Source of the DNA: Vicugna vicugna
Lineage: Eukaryota
Direction of reading: 5' to 3'
Length of the DNA: 64,000 nt
NCBI GenBank assembly: GCA_013265495.1
Contig: MU058153.1
Location: 186,001 to 250,000, forward strand
The first letter of the stretch is position 1. The number at the start of each line of letters is the position of its first letter. The notes under the pieces were generated by a model. That model worked only from the letters and a program-made list of their open reading frames with translations. It made no database searches and was not told the origin of the DNA. A program made the translations under genes and the position numbers. This document shows, one piece after another, positions 51,373 to 64,000 of the stretch.

Positions 51373-53969
51373 GTCACTCAGAGTCATCCACTCAGGGGTT
51401 AGGAAATTGGTTTTCTTTCTTCACAACCATGAATTACTCAATGAGAGTCCCTCTTGGGGATTGAACTCTCTTGACCTTCCAAACTGCCCAGTTTAGAGGA
51501 CAAACACTCCTATGTCCAAAAATGCCCTCAGACAGAGAGACATGGAGAAGCCATCAGCCTGGACATGAACTGTCTGCATGCACCATTGATAGGAATGAGT
51601 ACTTTCAGGGTTGGAGATACCCTTTCCTTCCATCATTCTTTTTTTTTTCTTTTCTTCCCTTCTTCATTAAACAACTAGGAGTATTCACAATATGCCAAGT
51701 CCTAAGCTAAGCACTGGGAACAGACAAGGAGGCATGACCCTGGCTTTCTCACAGATTACACTCTAGTTTATTCCAATTGAGGAAAGTAACTATTGATCAA
51801 ACAGTCACAAAACATCAATACTGCTTAAGCCTTTCCACTTATATTGCCCTTAAAAGTTGGAGAGAGGGAGGAGGTATCCTTGGTTATCTGAACATCAATA
51901 GTTGGAAATTCTTTTGACGTTCCTTCTTATGTTTTATTTTTAAATCATAAAAACTTAATGCACTATACATTTAAATAGACTGAATTAATTTATACCCACC
52001 TTTCTAATGATTTGAATATGAGATGACACTTGGTTTTGAAATGCTGATACACGTAAAGTCTCAAGCAACACAACTGGGGACTGTTTGATTAGTATGCATA
52101 CTGGTTAAAAGCTCAAGCCTTAAAGAAAGTTGGGAAGTCAGGATCAAGTACAAGATTTTATCTTAGTTGAATGGCCTTGTGCAGCTTTATTAAACTTTCT
52201 GTGACCTGGTATCCTCACCAACATTACTTAACTCACAGAGATGTTGTTAGAATTTAACTGAAGAGTGCAGCATTTCACATAGATCCACAAAGTAAACATC
52301 CTATACATGAAACTGACTACTATAATTATGATATTGTTTTTATTATTATTGGATGAGCCATTATTGTTATGATTTTTATTATTGTATTTAATTTGAGCTA
52401 TAACCATGCCAGGGAGCATCAACTTACAAATGTTGGAGTCTGAGTTAAGAGCATGCTAGCAGATCAATGTGGGAATGAGGGCTCGACTCTCCTAGAGCTC
52501 AAGTTCATATACAAGTAGATATCCTAACATTGTTATCCCAGTGTCTAATGGGCCTGGACATACATTGCCTTAGGGTCCAACAGTGCTCAAACCCAGCAAA
52601 GCTGGTGCTGAGCAGACAGCAGGATGAATTGCCTCAGGCACAGCATGCTCCAATAGAGAGCACTGGTGGGTCAAGAGGAGGAGGGAGCAGAGCGAGGGTG
52701 TATTAATGACAAACCTCCAGAAAGAAGGGGAGAGATCAGGGAGAGATTAGCCAAACTGCTGATTGTGCATGAGGAGGCCAGCTGTGAGACGTTAATGGAA
52801 CATTAGGAGACAAGAGAAATCCAAGGACAGCTGGCTGCTACCTGGGATGGTGGCTTTGAGTCATCAGATTCCAAGCCATCACACAACAGACAGCCACAGC
52901 TGGAGGTGGAGTTATGACCTCAGCCTTGCAGGGTCTGCTGAGAGAGCAGTTAACACAGGCACGTAGGGATGGAACGAGGCTCCAGGAGGCAATATACTAA
53001 TTCATCAGGTACTGTGATGCTGTGCCTTTTTCCTTTTCCTGAGTGACAGGCATCCTGGATGGAAAACGGTCCAGAGGACTTCCAATAAAGAAAAGGTTTT
53101 CAGCTGTTTTGCCCAATCTAGTCATATTCTCCATGTCAAGACTTAAAGTCTTCAATGCTGATCCAGAAGGAAAATGAGGAAATTGATAGGCTGAAATTGA
53201 TAGGCTTTTCAATAATTTAAAGAAGCAATTGTCAAACTTTTGCTTGCCTCTTTGTAACTGACTGATCAGATATCTCTACCCGAGGCATGACAACCTTCAT
53301 CAGACAGAGTAAGTGGACCTTTGCTGCCTATTGGCTGACAGCATCCATGTCTTCCTTTATGAGACCATAACACTTTTTGAAGAAATAGCTATTTTCTATT
53401 GGATCTAGTTCATGGAGACCGTATTCAGTTGCCTGGCCCTCACCTGGGTGAGGAACACTCAGTGATCAAAGGCAGGCTATGTCAGGTGATTACTCTCTGG
53501 AAATTAAAACTGATGTAGACAGGCAAAAATACTCAGAACGTTTGAGATTCCATTACGTCCTTGTGGAGACCATGCTTCACCTACTAACAGACCACAGTTG
53601 GATTTTTTTGCTTCATATTCTTTTAGTTGCCTCTGTTTCTACAAATTTTAAGGTCTGATTCTCCAGTCTCTCAAGAAATTGTGAGCTGTCAATATCCTTC
53701 CAAGGATATTTTGGCTTTTAGCCAAAAACAAAACAAAATAAAATACTCCTAGGATAATGAATAATTCTCAAGACACAAGATAAAATTCCACGTTGCTTTC
53801 TCACCTCTAAGAAAGTATATCAAAATTCAAGTGAGTGAGAAACATTTTTCAGGAATAACTGAATCCATTGTTATTCACTTTTAAAAATAAGACTTTCCTA
53901 AGCTTCATTACTTGATTATCAGGACAAAAGTAGATTTTGAAAAACAGCTCACAATTGATTATAATAAAT

Positions 53970-55010
53970 CTGAGGTAGACTGTTTTCAAAGAGGGTTTCA
54001 ATAATTCTTCCCAGCCTTGTATGCATATACCTTTGCAACTTGGCTTTGACACATTTCCCATCAAGAGAAGAAATATATCTCTTCAACCTTTGCATCTGTG
54101 AATTTGGCCAATGAAATTTTAGCAAATGCTATAGAAGCAGAGGTTAGACAGGTGTTTGCACACTGGGGCTTAGCCTCTTTTGTTGGTAGTTGGAACACTA
54201 ACACCAAGATGGCAATGATCCTGACTTGTTCACCTGGAAATGACAAGCACAGAGATGCCCTAGGTAACAGCTTGACAAAGACCAGGCACATGTGTGTGGC
54301 AATTGTAGATCATGTGATCACAATCATGTCAGCACAGTATAGCCTCGTAAATTATCCCAGGTAAAACCAGCCAAAAAGCCACCTGGCCCAACTGCTAACC
54401 CAGAGAATCATAAGCAAACATAATAGTTATTGTTTACCTTTTGCTTCTGGGGTGGTTTTTCATGTAGCAATAAGTAATTGATATAGAAATTAATAGCAGA
54501 GCTTGCATGGCAGATAACCAAAACTTAAAATATGTTCCATTGGCTTTAAGACTAATTGGAAAGAAGAGGCTGGAAGGAGACTATGAGCAAAGGCTGGAAA
54601 TATTTCAAACTGCTATTGAAGGCTGCAAAACTGGTGATCCAGGCTTTGTGTCTGTGAACCAATTTGTTAAACTGTTGCCTATGGGCATCTTGGGTCTGGC
54701 CATGCTACATTGTTTGCAAACATGGCCCCCATTCATTCCACTCATCTCTTACACCTATGGTCAACTTTGCATCAAAAATTGGAGTCTTAACTCCCTTCCC
54801 CTTGAATTTTTTAGCTCTGTATGTCAAGCTCTAGGAAGAGAGAAATAAGATAAAGAAAATACCATTTGGTACACAAGCAGAACTTTGAGAAAAAGTGAGG
54901 AGCCAGCACTTGTTGAGTTGGAAAGTTATTCACAAATCCATTCTCCCCAGCTAGAAAAAGATTCCAAGAGTAAGACATCATCTAAAGATGAAAGACCATA
55001 TCAGTGCTGT
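53970..55010 (+). mobile_element. MLT1-type LTR (to ~54485) followed by MaLR internal sequence and a second LTR-start fragment (~54705-54810)
   Basis: ggtagactgttttcaaag...catcaagag...tttggccaatgaaat...cagagaatcataagcaaa...gtagcaataagtaattgatata then aacttaaaatatg...ttggcttt typical of MLT-int. Confidence 0.7.
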
Positions 55011-56879
55011 GGCTGTGAAACCTTTTCACGGTAATCCGTACACTTGATTCAGGTAAGTAGTATTATTCCCAATATGGAGCTAATGAAACTCAAATTCTAA
55101 CAGAAAAAATCAGTGGTTTTCAACCTTTGTACCACAGAGCTTTGTTTTCCTAGGCCAGGTGGGATATAGAGTGATGAGTGAGGCATGTTAAAGTGGGAAA
55201 ACCAAGCAGGCTGAAATCTGGGTCTTTCATTCTGCTCCCAAAAGAAAAGTTCTGTCTTTACCTGTTATATATATTTGGTTTCCATATAAAGTTTTGATTA
55301 AACAGTGCTTTCCAAAGGCAACAAGAATCAGGGAAGACCCCTTGGAAATCTCTCATAAAGAACATAATGAGGATTTGAACACAGGACCCTTGGATTCCGG
55401 AAGTCATACTCTTGGTTCTGTGTCATGTTGCTTAAAGCCACTAGGGATGAGTGGCGGGTCTTGAAGTTACAGAGTTTTCTGCATCAGTTTTATGAAGTTT
55501 ATCCACCGTGTTGCTATTTCTCAAGCCAGAAACTGAGCTATATTTTCTGACATGTGCTGTTATAGTAAATGTCAGAAGATTAAAAATCTGGACTGTTGTG
55601 GAAGATTTTAGTTGTCATATCTGATCCTTAGAAATAATAACAAAAGTCATATGGTCTGAGTGGGACTGTTCAGAAGAGATTTCAGGACTCTTGGAATCAA
55701 TGGATTGACTGATTGATTGATTTGTTAAAATTAAGGTCTTGTGCTAATAACTGGAGAAAGGGGGTAAAGCAAACAGCCAAACCTAGTCTTTGGCTCCCAG
55801 GAGCTCACAGTTTAGAAGGAAAGCAGATTAAGTTCATTCCCATGCAAAACGACATCTAAAAGGAACAGTCTGAACAGAAAACTTAGTCTTCTAAAAGGGC
55901 AGAGCCCATGTTTCTCTGAACCAAGGTACCCCTCAACTAACTGGGATTCCTGATTGCACAGACTATAAGATAAATAATGCTGTATATATTCCATTTTTCG
56001 TTTTATCATGAAAAAGTGATGTCTCTTCCCTCAGCTCCTGAGAAAGAAAAGAAAATGACCTATTTGTGAGCTTTCAAGACCCCAAATGATTTTCATTGCT
56101 ATTATCTTTCTAGGTGTGAGGGAGACGATGGACATTTCTCCTGCCCCAGGTATCCCAACTCATGATTCAGTCATTGGTTTAACTTGGTATAGTATCTAAA
56201 AGTTGAACTAAATTAAAGGTGTTAAAGCCATGTTATATGACACTGAAGCCCTAGAGTGGATCCCAGAATGTTGAAAGCACATCTTAGCTTTCTTTCCTTC
56301 CATCCAACCTTCCATGTTACTTCCAGCCATACAAGTAAGGGCATATACTGAGTTTTTCAAAATGAGTATCTTTCTTGTTAGCAAAGTTTGGGCGTTTTCC
56401 AGAAAGACAGTCACAATAGGCCACTCTGTCTATTGCTGTGTTTGTGAATGCATCCAGGGCACATGTTTTTGGCTGAGAGCAAGTAGACTTGGTTTTAAAA
56501 TCAAGTACATGGGATACCAGACAGGTTCACTGAATGTTACCCACAAAACTGCTCAACCACATTCATATTCACAATTATAAGGGTGAGTACTGTTTCATAA
56601 AAAGGGGTAGCTGATGAGTTTCATCATTCTTAAAATAACATGGCTGTCATGAACATGGTGTGGCTTCTCTGGAGTCGGGAATGGAAGGAGCAGACATCTT
56701 TACAGATGTGTATGTCTTTATAGACAATGAGATGATAAATATGTTCTTGCTCTCCATTTTGTTTCTTAGAACTGATTTCTTCATAGTCATATCCAGGAAA
56801 TTGATTATATTTATATGATTGCTCATAGGAAGCAATTTAAAAGGACCCATTTCATCAGAAATCAATTGCTAATGATGAC

Positions 56880-57090
56880 AACAGAGAGGCAAACATTGAT
56901 GGTAGTTATTCTATGCAAGTATTGTTCTATGAACTTTGTAAATACTCATTTAAATGTTCCAAACATTATATAAACTAGTACTACTATGATCCCCATTTTA
57001 TGATTGGAAAACCAAATTTTAAAAAGATTAAACGCTCCGATTAAGATCACACAGTGAGAGACAGCTTGAAACCCAGCCTCCCTGGCAATA
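56880..57090 (-). mobile_element. MIR SINE
   Basis: actcatttaaatg...atccccattttatgattggaaaacc...aagatcacacag...cttgaaacccag. Confidence 0.7.
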
Positions 57091-57462
57091 CTGTTTATTG
57101 ATGTGGTCATCATGTAAGTCATCTTTTTAAAAAAGTTTTACCGTCCTCAAGGGAAAACAAAGGAAAAACAAATGGTTCATTCCCTCATTAAGGTTGATAA
57201 CATCTGTGGCAAAAATTCCCATGTATCTTGATATCTTCTTTTCAAAAAAAGAAAACACTTTTAGTGTGTGACACTATAGTATGACTTAGGAAATTCATGT
57301 AAAAGGAACCACAAAAGGTGGATTTGTGCTGCAATCTGCTCATCTGTTAAATAAATATATAAAATGGGGCTTAAAATATGAGCCTAAAGTCAAATACCTT
57401 ATGTTGCAAACAAACATGTCGCATCAGTGAAAACGCCCAGCTGTTCTCCCTTTTTTCACACC

Positions 57463-57490
57463 TGACGCCCCGCCCCGTCTGTTCTTTATA
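57463..57490. promoter_or_regulatory. Candidate core-promoter-like motif cluster (CRE half-site, GC box, TATA-like)
   Basis: TGACG 57463-57467, GCCCCGCCCC 57467-57476, TTTATA 57485-57490 (TATAAAG on minus). Confidence 0.3.
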
Positions 57491-57996
57491 GCCTGGCTCT
57501 TTCATCTTGCTGTCTTAGGGAGTGTTTCTTCATGACCTGCAGGACCAAGAAACCAAAATCTGGCCAATGATGGAAGAAAGAGCTCTTTTGATCTTTAGAA
57601 GATATTTTTGTTTTTTGTCTCCATTCTCTTACCCTTCATCTTCCACCTCCTACTCAATATTCAACTGTTTCCTTTTACCCCCATTGGGTGGACAAAATAC
57701 ATTTAATAATAGTGAAAACTCTATTTAGGATTTGCTTCTGTTTTAAGTACTGTCTCTGCTTTAATGAATTGAATTCTTACAAAACCTTAGGAAGTACATA
57801 GTATTATCATATCCTCTGATTCTTTTATAGATTATAACATTGACATGAAGAGAAGTTGAGTTTATGAGCAACAGGGATTGGAAGGTGGGTAGTCAGACAC
57901 CAGCTTCCGTATTCTGACCCACTCTGCAATACTGCAGTACTGCTTCAAGGACCAGCAAATCTCTGAGTAGGAAGAATTACCTATGGAGTCACTTTT

Positions 57997-58319
57997 TTTC
58001 TTTAATTTGTTTTTTTCTTTTTCTTTTTTTAATTGAAATAGAGTCAGTTTACAATATGTCAATTTCTGGTGTACAGAATAATGTTTCAGTCATACATGTA
58101 CATACATATATTTCTTTTCATACTCTTTTTCATTATAGGTTACTACAAGATACTGAATATAGTTCCCTGTGCTATACAGTATAAACTTGTTGTTTATCTA
58201 TTTTATATATAGTAGTTAGTATCTGCGAATCTCGAACTCCCAATTTATCCCTTCCCACCTCACTGCACCCTCCACCCCTGATAACCAAAAGTTTGTTTTC
58301 TATGTCTGTGAGTCTGTTT
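57997..58319 (-). mobile_element. L1 3' UTR insertion (young, cetartiodactyl type) with TSD
   Basis: Poly-T then ttgaaatagagtcagtttacaat...atagttccctgtgctatacag; TSD gagtcactttt at 57986-57996 and 58320-58330 followed by aa. Confidence 0.93.
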
Positions 58320-60339
58320 GAGTCACTTTTAAAGCTTGTAAAAGATGAACATTGTTTTAATGATATGGAAATGGTATTGGGGCCATGAATTCTCAGGAAT
58401 TTTGTTTACATACAGAAAAAGCGATTTGGGAAGGTATCTTGTGCTTATTTGGTGCAAAGAAAGAGTTTTATTTGAATCTAAATTTTATTGCCTCCATAGC
58501 ATTTCTTCTCTTGTGTAATGCAATTCTCAGTGAAGGCTGGCTACGATAAGTTAGTTAGCAGCCTGTGCTAAACATAGTCCCTCCAATGCCCAGATTCAGG
58601 GCAGATCTTGACTTCAAATATTCTGTCCAGTTATACCTAAAGGGCACTTATGCAGTTCAGACCAGTGTTTGACATAAAACAGGTTCACTACATATATATT
58701 TCTCATATTTTTGATGCTTCATTACAATGGTCTTCAATTTTTCTTTTAGAAGTAAAAATTATTTTAGCCAAAACTTACATGTGTGACATGCATTTTCATT
58801 TGTAATAAATTACTTTATTTCAGGCAAAAATTAAAATTATGATTATAACATCATCAGGAAATGTATTCTACCCAGTTAGGCTTGGGCAGCAAGCCTGTGT
58901 CACATTCTGAAGTTGTGTTAAATACTCAGTAATGTTTGCTCATTAGTTGACTAATTATATTATGATGAGATAGCATCGGATTTACTGTGCAAAACAGTAA
59001 ATTTACATCCATTGCCTATCTCAAAAAGAGACAAAACATACGTGAGACAAAACGTATTTCTGTCTTATCACTCAGCGATAGGGCTTGAGTAATTGAGGGT
59101 GTTCTGGAACACTGATTATATACACGACAGTAGTTACGATGTGGGCTCTAATTATATAGGTAACATGTGGCATTGGATTCATGGGAGTTACTGAGTTGCC
59201 TCCCCATCAAAACCCAGATGCTTGGGGAGGATTAAAAGAAAAAAAAAAGCCAAGAATGAAGAACATAAGTGAGAAAGTAGAAATATTTTAGGAAAAAAAT
59301 TACCCACCGTCTCACTTTGACTATGGAATGCTTGTTTTTTTATGTTTCCTATTTCCCTCCCTTCCTCTTTCCTTCTGTTTTGAAAAATGGAAAATGAAGC
59401 AAAAGCAGGAAGGGAAGAACAACTTAAAAGGGTCTTCATTTCCTTGTTAAATTTTTTAGCTGTTTTTGCTTGTTTTGTTTGTTTGCATGTTGGGTTGTTT
59501 ACTTGGACTCATGATTCCAGGACTGTTCTTGTTGTCACACCCTTTCCTCAGACTTTACAAACATTAAGTGATTATATCATATATAAAAGGAAATACACTT
59601 TTTTTCATTGCCAGGAACTAATGTATCAGTTTAGTTTTTCTGTTCCTTTGTAAGATGGAAAACAGGAACTTGACAAGGTGGAAAAAAGAACAGGCTAATT
59701 TAGATCGGAGGTGGGGACTGAAAGAATATATTTGAAGCATCAATGAAAGGAGAGGGAAGGCCGAGTCCCTTTCCTTCCGAAAAGACTCTTGACATTTTTC
59801 CAAAAATGAAAAAAAATGTATATATCATATATTACATTTAAAATAATGATATAGTGTAATTACTCAGAATTTAAAAATTAAATAACAAATTGGAAATTAT
59901 TGTCTGTTTTGGAAATAGTTTTGTGTTTACTCTTTCATTAAATTACAGCATGTAAACAATATATTTCCCTCTTAAAAACTGAATGTTTTTTAGTTCCTAG
60001 AATTTTTTTTTGTCCTGAACTTTTTGTATTCTGATGTTTGGATCATTTCACCGTAAGTGTTAAAATAAAAAAGGGCTTCACTGAAACCACAATAAATATT
60101 TTTTAATCAATTTTGTGATTTTCCTATTTATTCGTTGGGTCTACTTGCAAACTAGACTGTCTACATACTGCCCATAACTTTGATAGTTTTCATTTGCAAA
60201 AAGAATTTTTGGGGCACAGTCTGAATTATGTGATTTGGTATTTCTGAGTTATAATATATAACATGGGTCTGCTATCATTGCAAAAGGCACATGGGAAAAA
60301 TGAGGAGGTAACAATTACATTTTGCTGTGTCGTGCAATC

Positions 60340-60600
60340 AATAGGAAACTGGGCTCAGGAGACAGACTGTCTGGGTTCCAATCCAGGCGATAATATTTAG
60401 TAGGGAAAAAAAAATGAGCAAATAGCATCAATTCTCTGTGTCTGCCTTGTCTCACCTCTAAAAAGAGGTTCATTATAATAATAATAATAATACCTATCCA
60501 GTTAGGCTAGGTTGGGAACGTTAAATTAGTTGATATACGTAAATTGATGACAGCAATTCTGGCACAAGAAAACACTCAAGAAAGGTTAGCTATTATTATT
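60340..60600 (+). mobile_element. MIR SINE
   Basis: gggctcaggagacagactgtctgggttccaatccagg...ataataatacctatcc...tctggcacaag. Confidence 0.75.
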
Positions 60601-61349
60601 ATCTTGCCTCTGGGTTATAATTAATAGTGATTAGATTTTGCTAACGGTGATATGAATTATGGCAAAGACCAGAAGCAACTCGTAATCAATGGCTTATTCA
60701 GATAGCAGTTTGGTCTTTTTGAATAGTGAAGCCAAAATGATTCTTCTAGAAAGTCTTTCTTGTTAAATAGCCGTGTTTGAAGCTGACATTTTACAAGGTC
60801 ACCAGAGGCAGTAATAGGAATTTATACCTGATTGGGACCTGGTGATTATTTTACTGCCCAGATGAGGAAAGTATTTAGCATTAGTTGAGACTGCTCGGAA
60901 ATCAGTATCTTCTAATTTCCTGCTTGAGAATCTTTCTCAGTGTTTTGCAAAAACTAAACGAGCCTGATACATCTTTGAATAGTGAGAATTCTCCTAGCTT
61001 GGGAAAAAATGTTTAGGCTGAATAAACAGGATCAAGTTGATTAGGTATGGCTTAGAAAGCAATATTTTTTGATTAAACAAAGAGAAGAAATTTGTGCTGT
61101 TTTGAAACATATGTTCATACTTTTAGGCTTAGCCAGCCCACCCCCTGATCAGAGCACCTACCATCTTCAAAACAAGTTGCTTTCACTAGCTTTTCTCTGT
61201 TGAATTAATAGCCTCCTTGAGCTATATAGGCAGGGGAGGGCCCCAGTGGCCTTAAGAATTGCACAACTAAACTATGGAGCCATCCACCAAATAATCCTCA
61301 TGATATTCAGTAAGCAAACCAGGTGGTTTCATTTGTATTAATTATGCAT

Positions 61350-61500
61350 AATTCTCATACCAGATTTTGCTATATGCATGTATAAATGGAGAAATTTATA
61401 CATCTGAGATTAACTAACTTACCCAAGACTAAGCAGCTAATAATATAAGACATTTGGCCAGGATTTAAGACCAATGTTTCTGATTCCAAAGACAGACCTC
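61350..61500 (-). mobile_element. MIR SINE fragment
   Basis: taactaacttacccaagactaagcagctaata...ggccaggatttaagacc...tctgattccaaag. Confidence 0.7.
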
Positions 61501-61604
61501 TTTGGCATAGACCACGTACAGCCCAATTTCCATTGGTTAGTGACCACTGGAATTGATGATCTTTTGACCTCAGAATTGCAAATAGCAATTTTCCTAGCTC
61601 CAAA

Positions 61605-62238
61605 TGTGACTGAGAGCGACCCTTTGGGAGCCTTCCCAGAATAGAACTCCCCCCAACCATGACCTCTGGTTGCCTCTTACCTGTAGAAAAGCTCTAGCCG
61701 CCTAGGTCTTCCCTGAGTTCCAAAGAGAAAATTTAAACAGAGAAGTGAGAAAAAGCAAAATGAAAGGAAAACAGTCAAGCAAGACAAAATAATAATAGTT
61801 TAGCCATTAAACAAAGCCAAGGACCTTTAGTTCCTCCTCAAGGGCTATACATAACATTCTGAGCCATGTCGTTTGAGCTGTTTTGTAGATTCTGAAATCC
61901 CCAACAGGTGGAAGAAGTTAACTGTATGCTGCCCACAAACATGTAGACCCCAGAAAGGTTGGAACCAGAAGGCTGATGATGTTGACTCCTGATTACCATC
62001 ACCAACCAGTTGGAAGAATGTCCACAAGTTGATCACACACCCCACAACCTCTGTCCCACACTCTGCCTTTAAAAATCTTTCCCTGAAAAACTTTGGGGAG
62101 TTTGAGCTTTTAAGCATTAGCTACTGGACTTGCTTGGTGCCCTGCAATAAAGGCTACACTTTTCTTCACCATAACCTTGTGTCAATAGGTTGAGTTTACT
62201 GGGCGCGGACAAGTGGACCCACATTTGGTTCAGTAACA
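61605..62238 (+). mobile_element. Solo ERV1-type LTR
   Basis: TG...CA termini (tgtgac...cagtaaca), TATA-like tttaaaa ~62068, AATAAA ~62146; flanks caaa/caag suggest a 4-bp TSD with one mismatch; left boundary less certain. Confidence 0.75.
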
Positions 62239-62624
62239 CAAGTTCTATTCATGATAACAGCAATGGCCCTAGATACCAAAAAGGGAACAGGAGCATGTGA
62301 GGGAGAGTGATTTACCTGATCTTTTGATTAGCACAGACCACCTGTGCTCAGCCATAAACTTTCATTTCACAGCCCTTAATACATTATTTCTAACAGATCA
62401 TAAATGTGGCAATGTTTTCTCAGCAATATTAAGACAAATAAGAGCATATTCATTTTATTGATATCTCATGGGATTCAGAGTCACCATGGCTCTGTATACA
62501 AAAATTTCCTGAAGCCCTGACTCCACCATCACCACTTTGTTGCAAGGATTGGCTTGAGAATTTCTGAACTGTCTCACATTGCTTAGGATATCAGTTTTAG
62601 GGTCTGGTCTTTTTTTGGTGACCC

Positions 62625-63290
62625 TCTCTATTTTATTTTATTATTTTATTTTATTTTATTTTTATTGAGATATAATTGACATGTAACCTTATATTAGTTT
62701 CAGGTATACAACATAGTCATTTGATACCTGTATATATGATAAAAGGATCACTACAGTAAGACCAGTCAATAATCTGTCACCACACACAGTTACAACTTTT
62801 CTTCCCTGTGATGAGAACTTTTAAGACCTACTCTCTTAGCAACTTTCAAATATACAACACAGTATTAACCACAGTCACCAAACCTTGCTTCTCCAGGACT
62901 TACTTATTTTATAACTGGAAGTTTATACCTTTTGACCATGTTGTTCATCCCCTACTCACAGCCTCTGGCAACCACCAATTCTCTGTGTTTGTGAGTCTGC
63001 CTGTTTGTTCACTTGTTTTTCTTTAATGATTCCACTTATAAGTGAGATCACAGAGATTTGGCTTTCTCTGTTTGACTCATTTCACTTAGCATAACGTTCT
63101 CAGGGTCCATCCATGTTGTCACATGTGACAAAATTTCCTTCTTTTCAATGGCTGAATAATATCCCATTATATAGCTCACATTCTCTCAGCCATTCATCCA
63201 TTGATGGACACCAAAGTGGCTTCCATGTCTTGGCTATTGTAAATAATGCTGCAATGGTCATGGAGAGGCGTATATCGTTTTAAACTGGTG
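62625..63290 (-). mobile_element. L1 3' end (L1MA-like), antisense, with (TTTTA)n tail
   Basis: gtgatgagaacttttaagacctactctcttagcaactttcaaatatacaa...ccatccatgttg...ccattcatccattgatggacac. Confidence 0.93.
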
Positions 63291-64000
63291 TTCCTCATAT
63301 TTCAAAAGGATAAAGACCTTTTGCTAAGTGTTTATGAAAAATTTCAGGGTGTATACATATATATATATATAATACGTACATAATTTTACAAATATGTATA
63401 GAATCTATCTTGGTGTTGCCTAATATATACTGTAGATGCCACTCAAATATGATTTTTCACGCTTGTCTAAATGTTGAAAATTGAGGTTTTAAGAATCCAA
63501 AGGCATAACGATTATAACTAGATCACAAGAACATTTAGAATATTTGTTTCTCTCTTTAGTATCACATAGCCTCTCTCAGTTTAGTCTAATGTCATACTGG
63601 CTGCCACACACTCAAAGCTTGGCACTTACCCTCTCTACCTGAGACTAGTTTATAATATTATTGCATTGCTGGGGCACAGGACAGCAACATGATGCCATAA
63701 ATTCACAGTGGAATCATTCGGAGGAGCTAGTACTTTCCACAGACTCTCTAAGGCAGGGAAGAAAGACATAGTATTACTCTGTTCCATGGCTTTGACGCTA
63801 TATTACCCGAAATAAGAGGCAGTCACCCTGCAGCTACTCATGGTTACATCCCTAAAAAAGTAGATTAATCATTGGCAGCTGAAACTCAGAAGGCTTCTGA
63901 GAATCGCTAGGTGTGTTCCCTTTTCTGTGAGAAAAGACATTGCATCTCTCACTTGTATGATACTGGATTCATTTGCCCATTAAAAACCATCAGGATTTTA

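Noticed and set aside
50742..51496. Hydrophobic 173-aa and 129-aa ORFs resembling membrane proteins
   Set aside because: Translation of a CT-rich low-complexity tract
1..64000. CRISPR array, operon or other prokaryote-type system; named host gene
   Set aside because: The sequence is mammalian, has no regularly spaced repeats, and contains no exon I can assign to a known gene

Overview
AT-rich, CpG-depleted mammalian DNA that looks intergenic or deep-intronic. A tRNA-derived Vic-1-like SINE and cetartiodactyl-type L1 3' ends point to a camelid (camel, alpaca or llama). I recognise no intact protein-coding gene or structural RNA gene, and no CpG island or CRISPR array; the ORFs in the track are transposon remnants, low-complexity sequence or chance ORFs. 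The window is largely layered transposon fossils: L1s of several ages (some with clear target-site duplications, TSDs), L2, MIR, MLT1/MLT2 LTRs, MER20/MER58 DNA transposons, a solo ERV1-type LTR, and a ~3 kb degenerate ERV-L gag-pol interrupted by an L1. The more interesting signals are unique-sequence candidates: an ISRE+GAS composite near 39.55 kb, several motif-dense enhancer-like blocks, a small GC-box/CRE promoter-like site at 57.47 kb, and a speculative phase-compatible chain of minus-strand exons. I found no convincing evidence of a new biological system. Repeat family names come from recalled consensus sequences, not a database search, and most boundaries are approximate.
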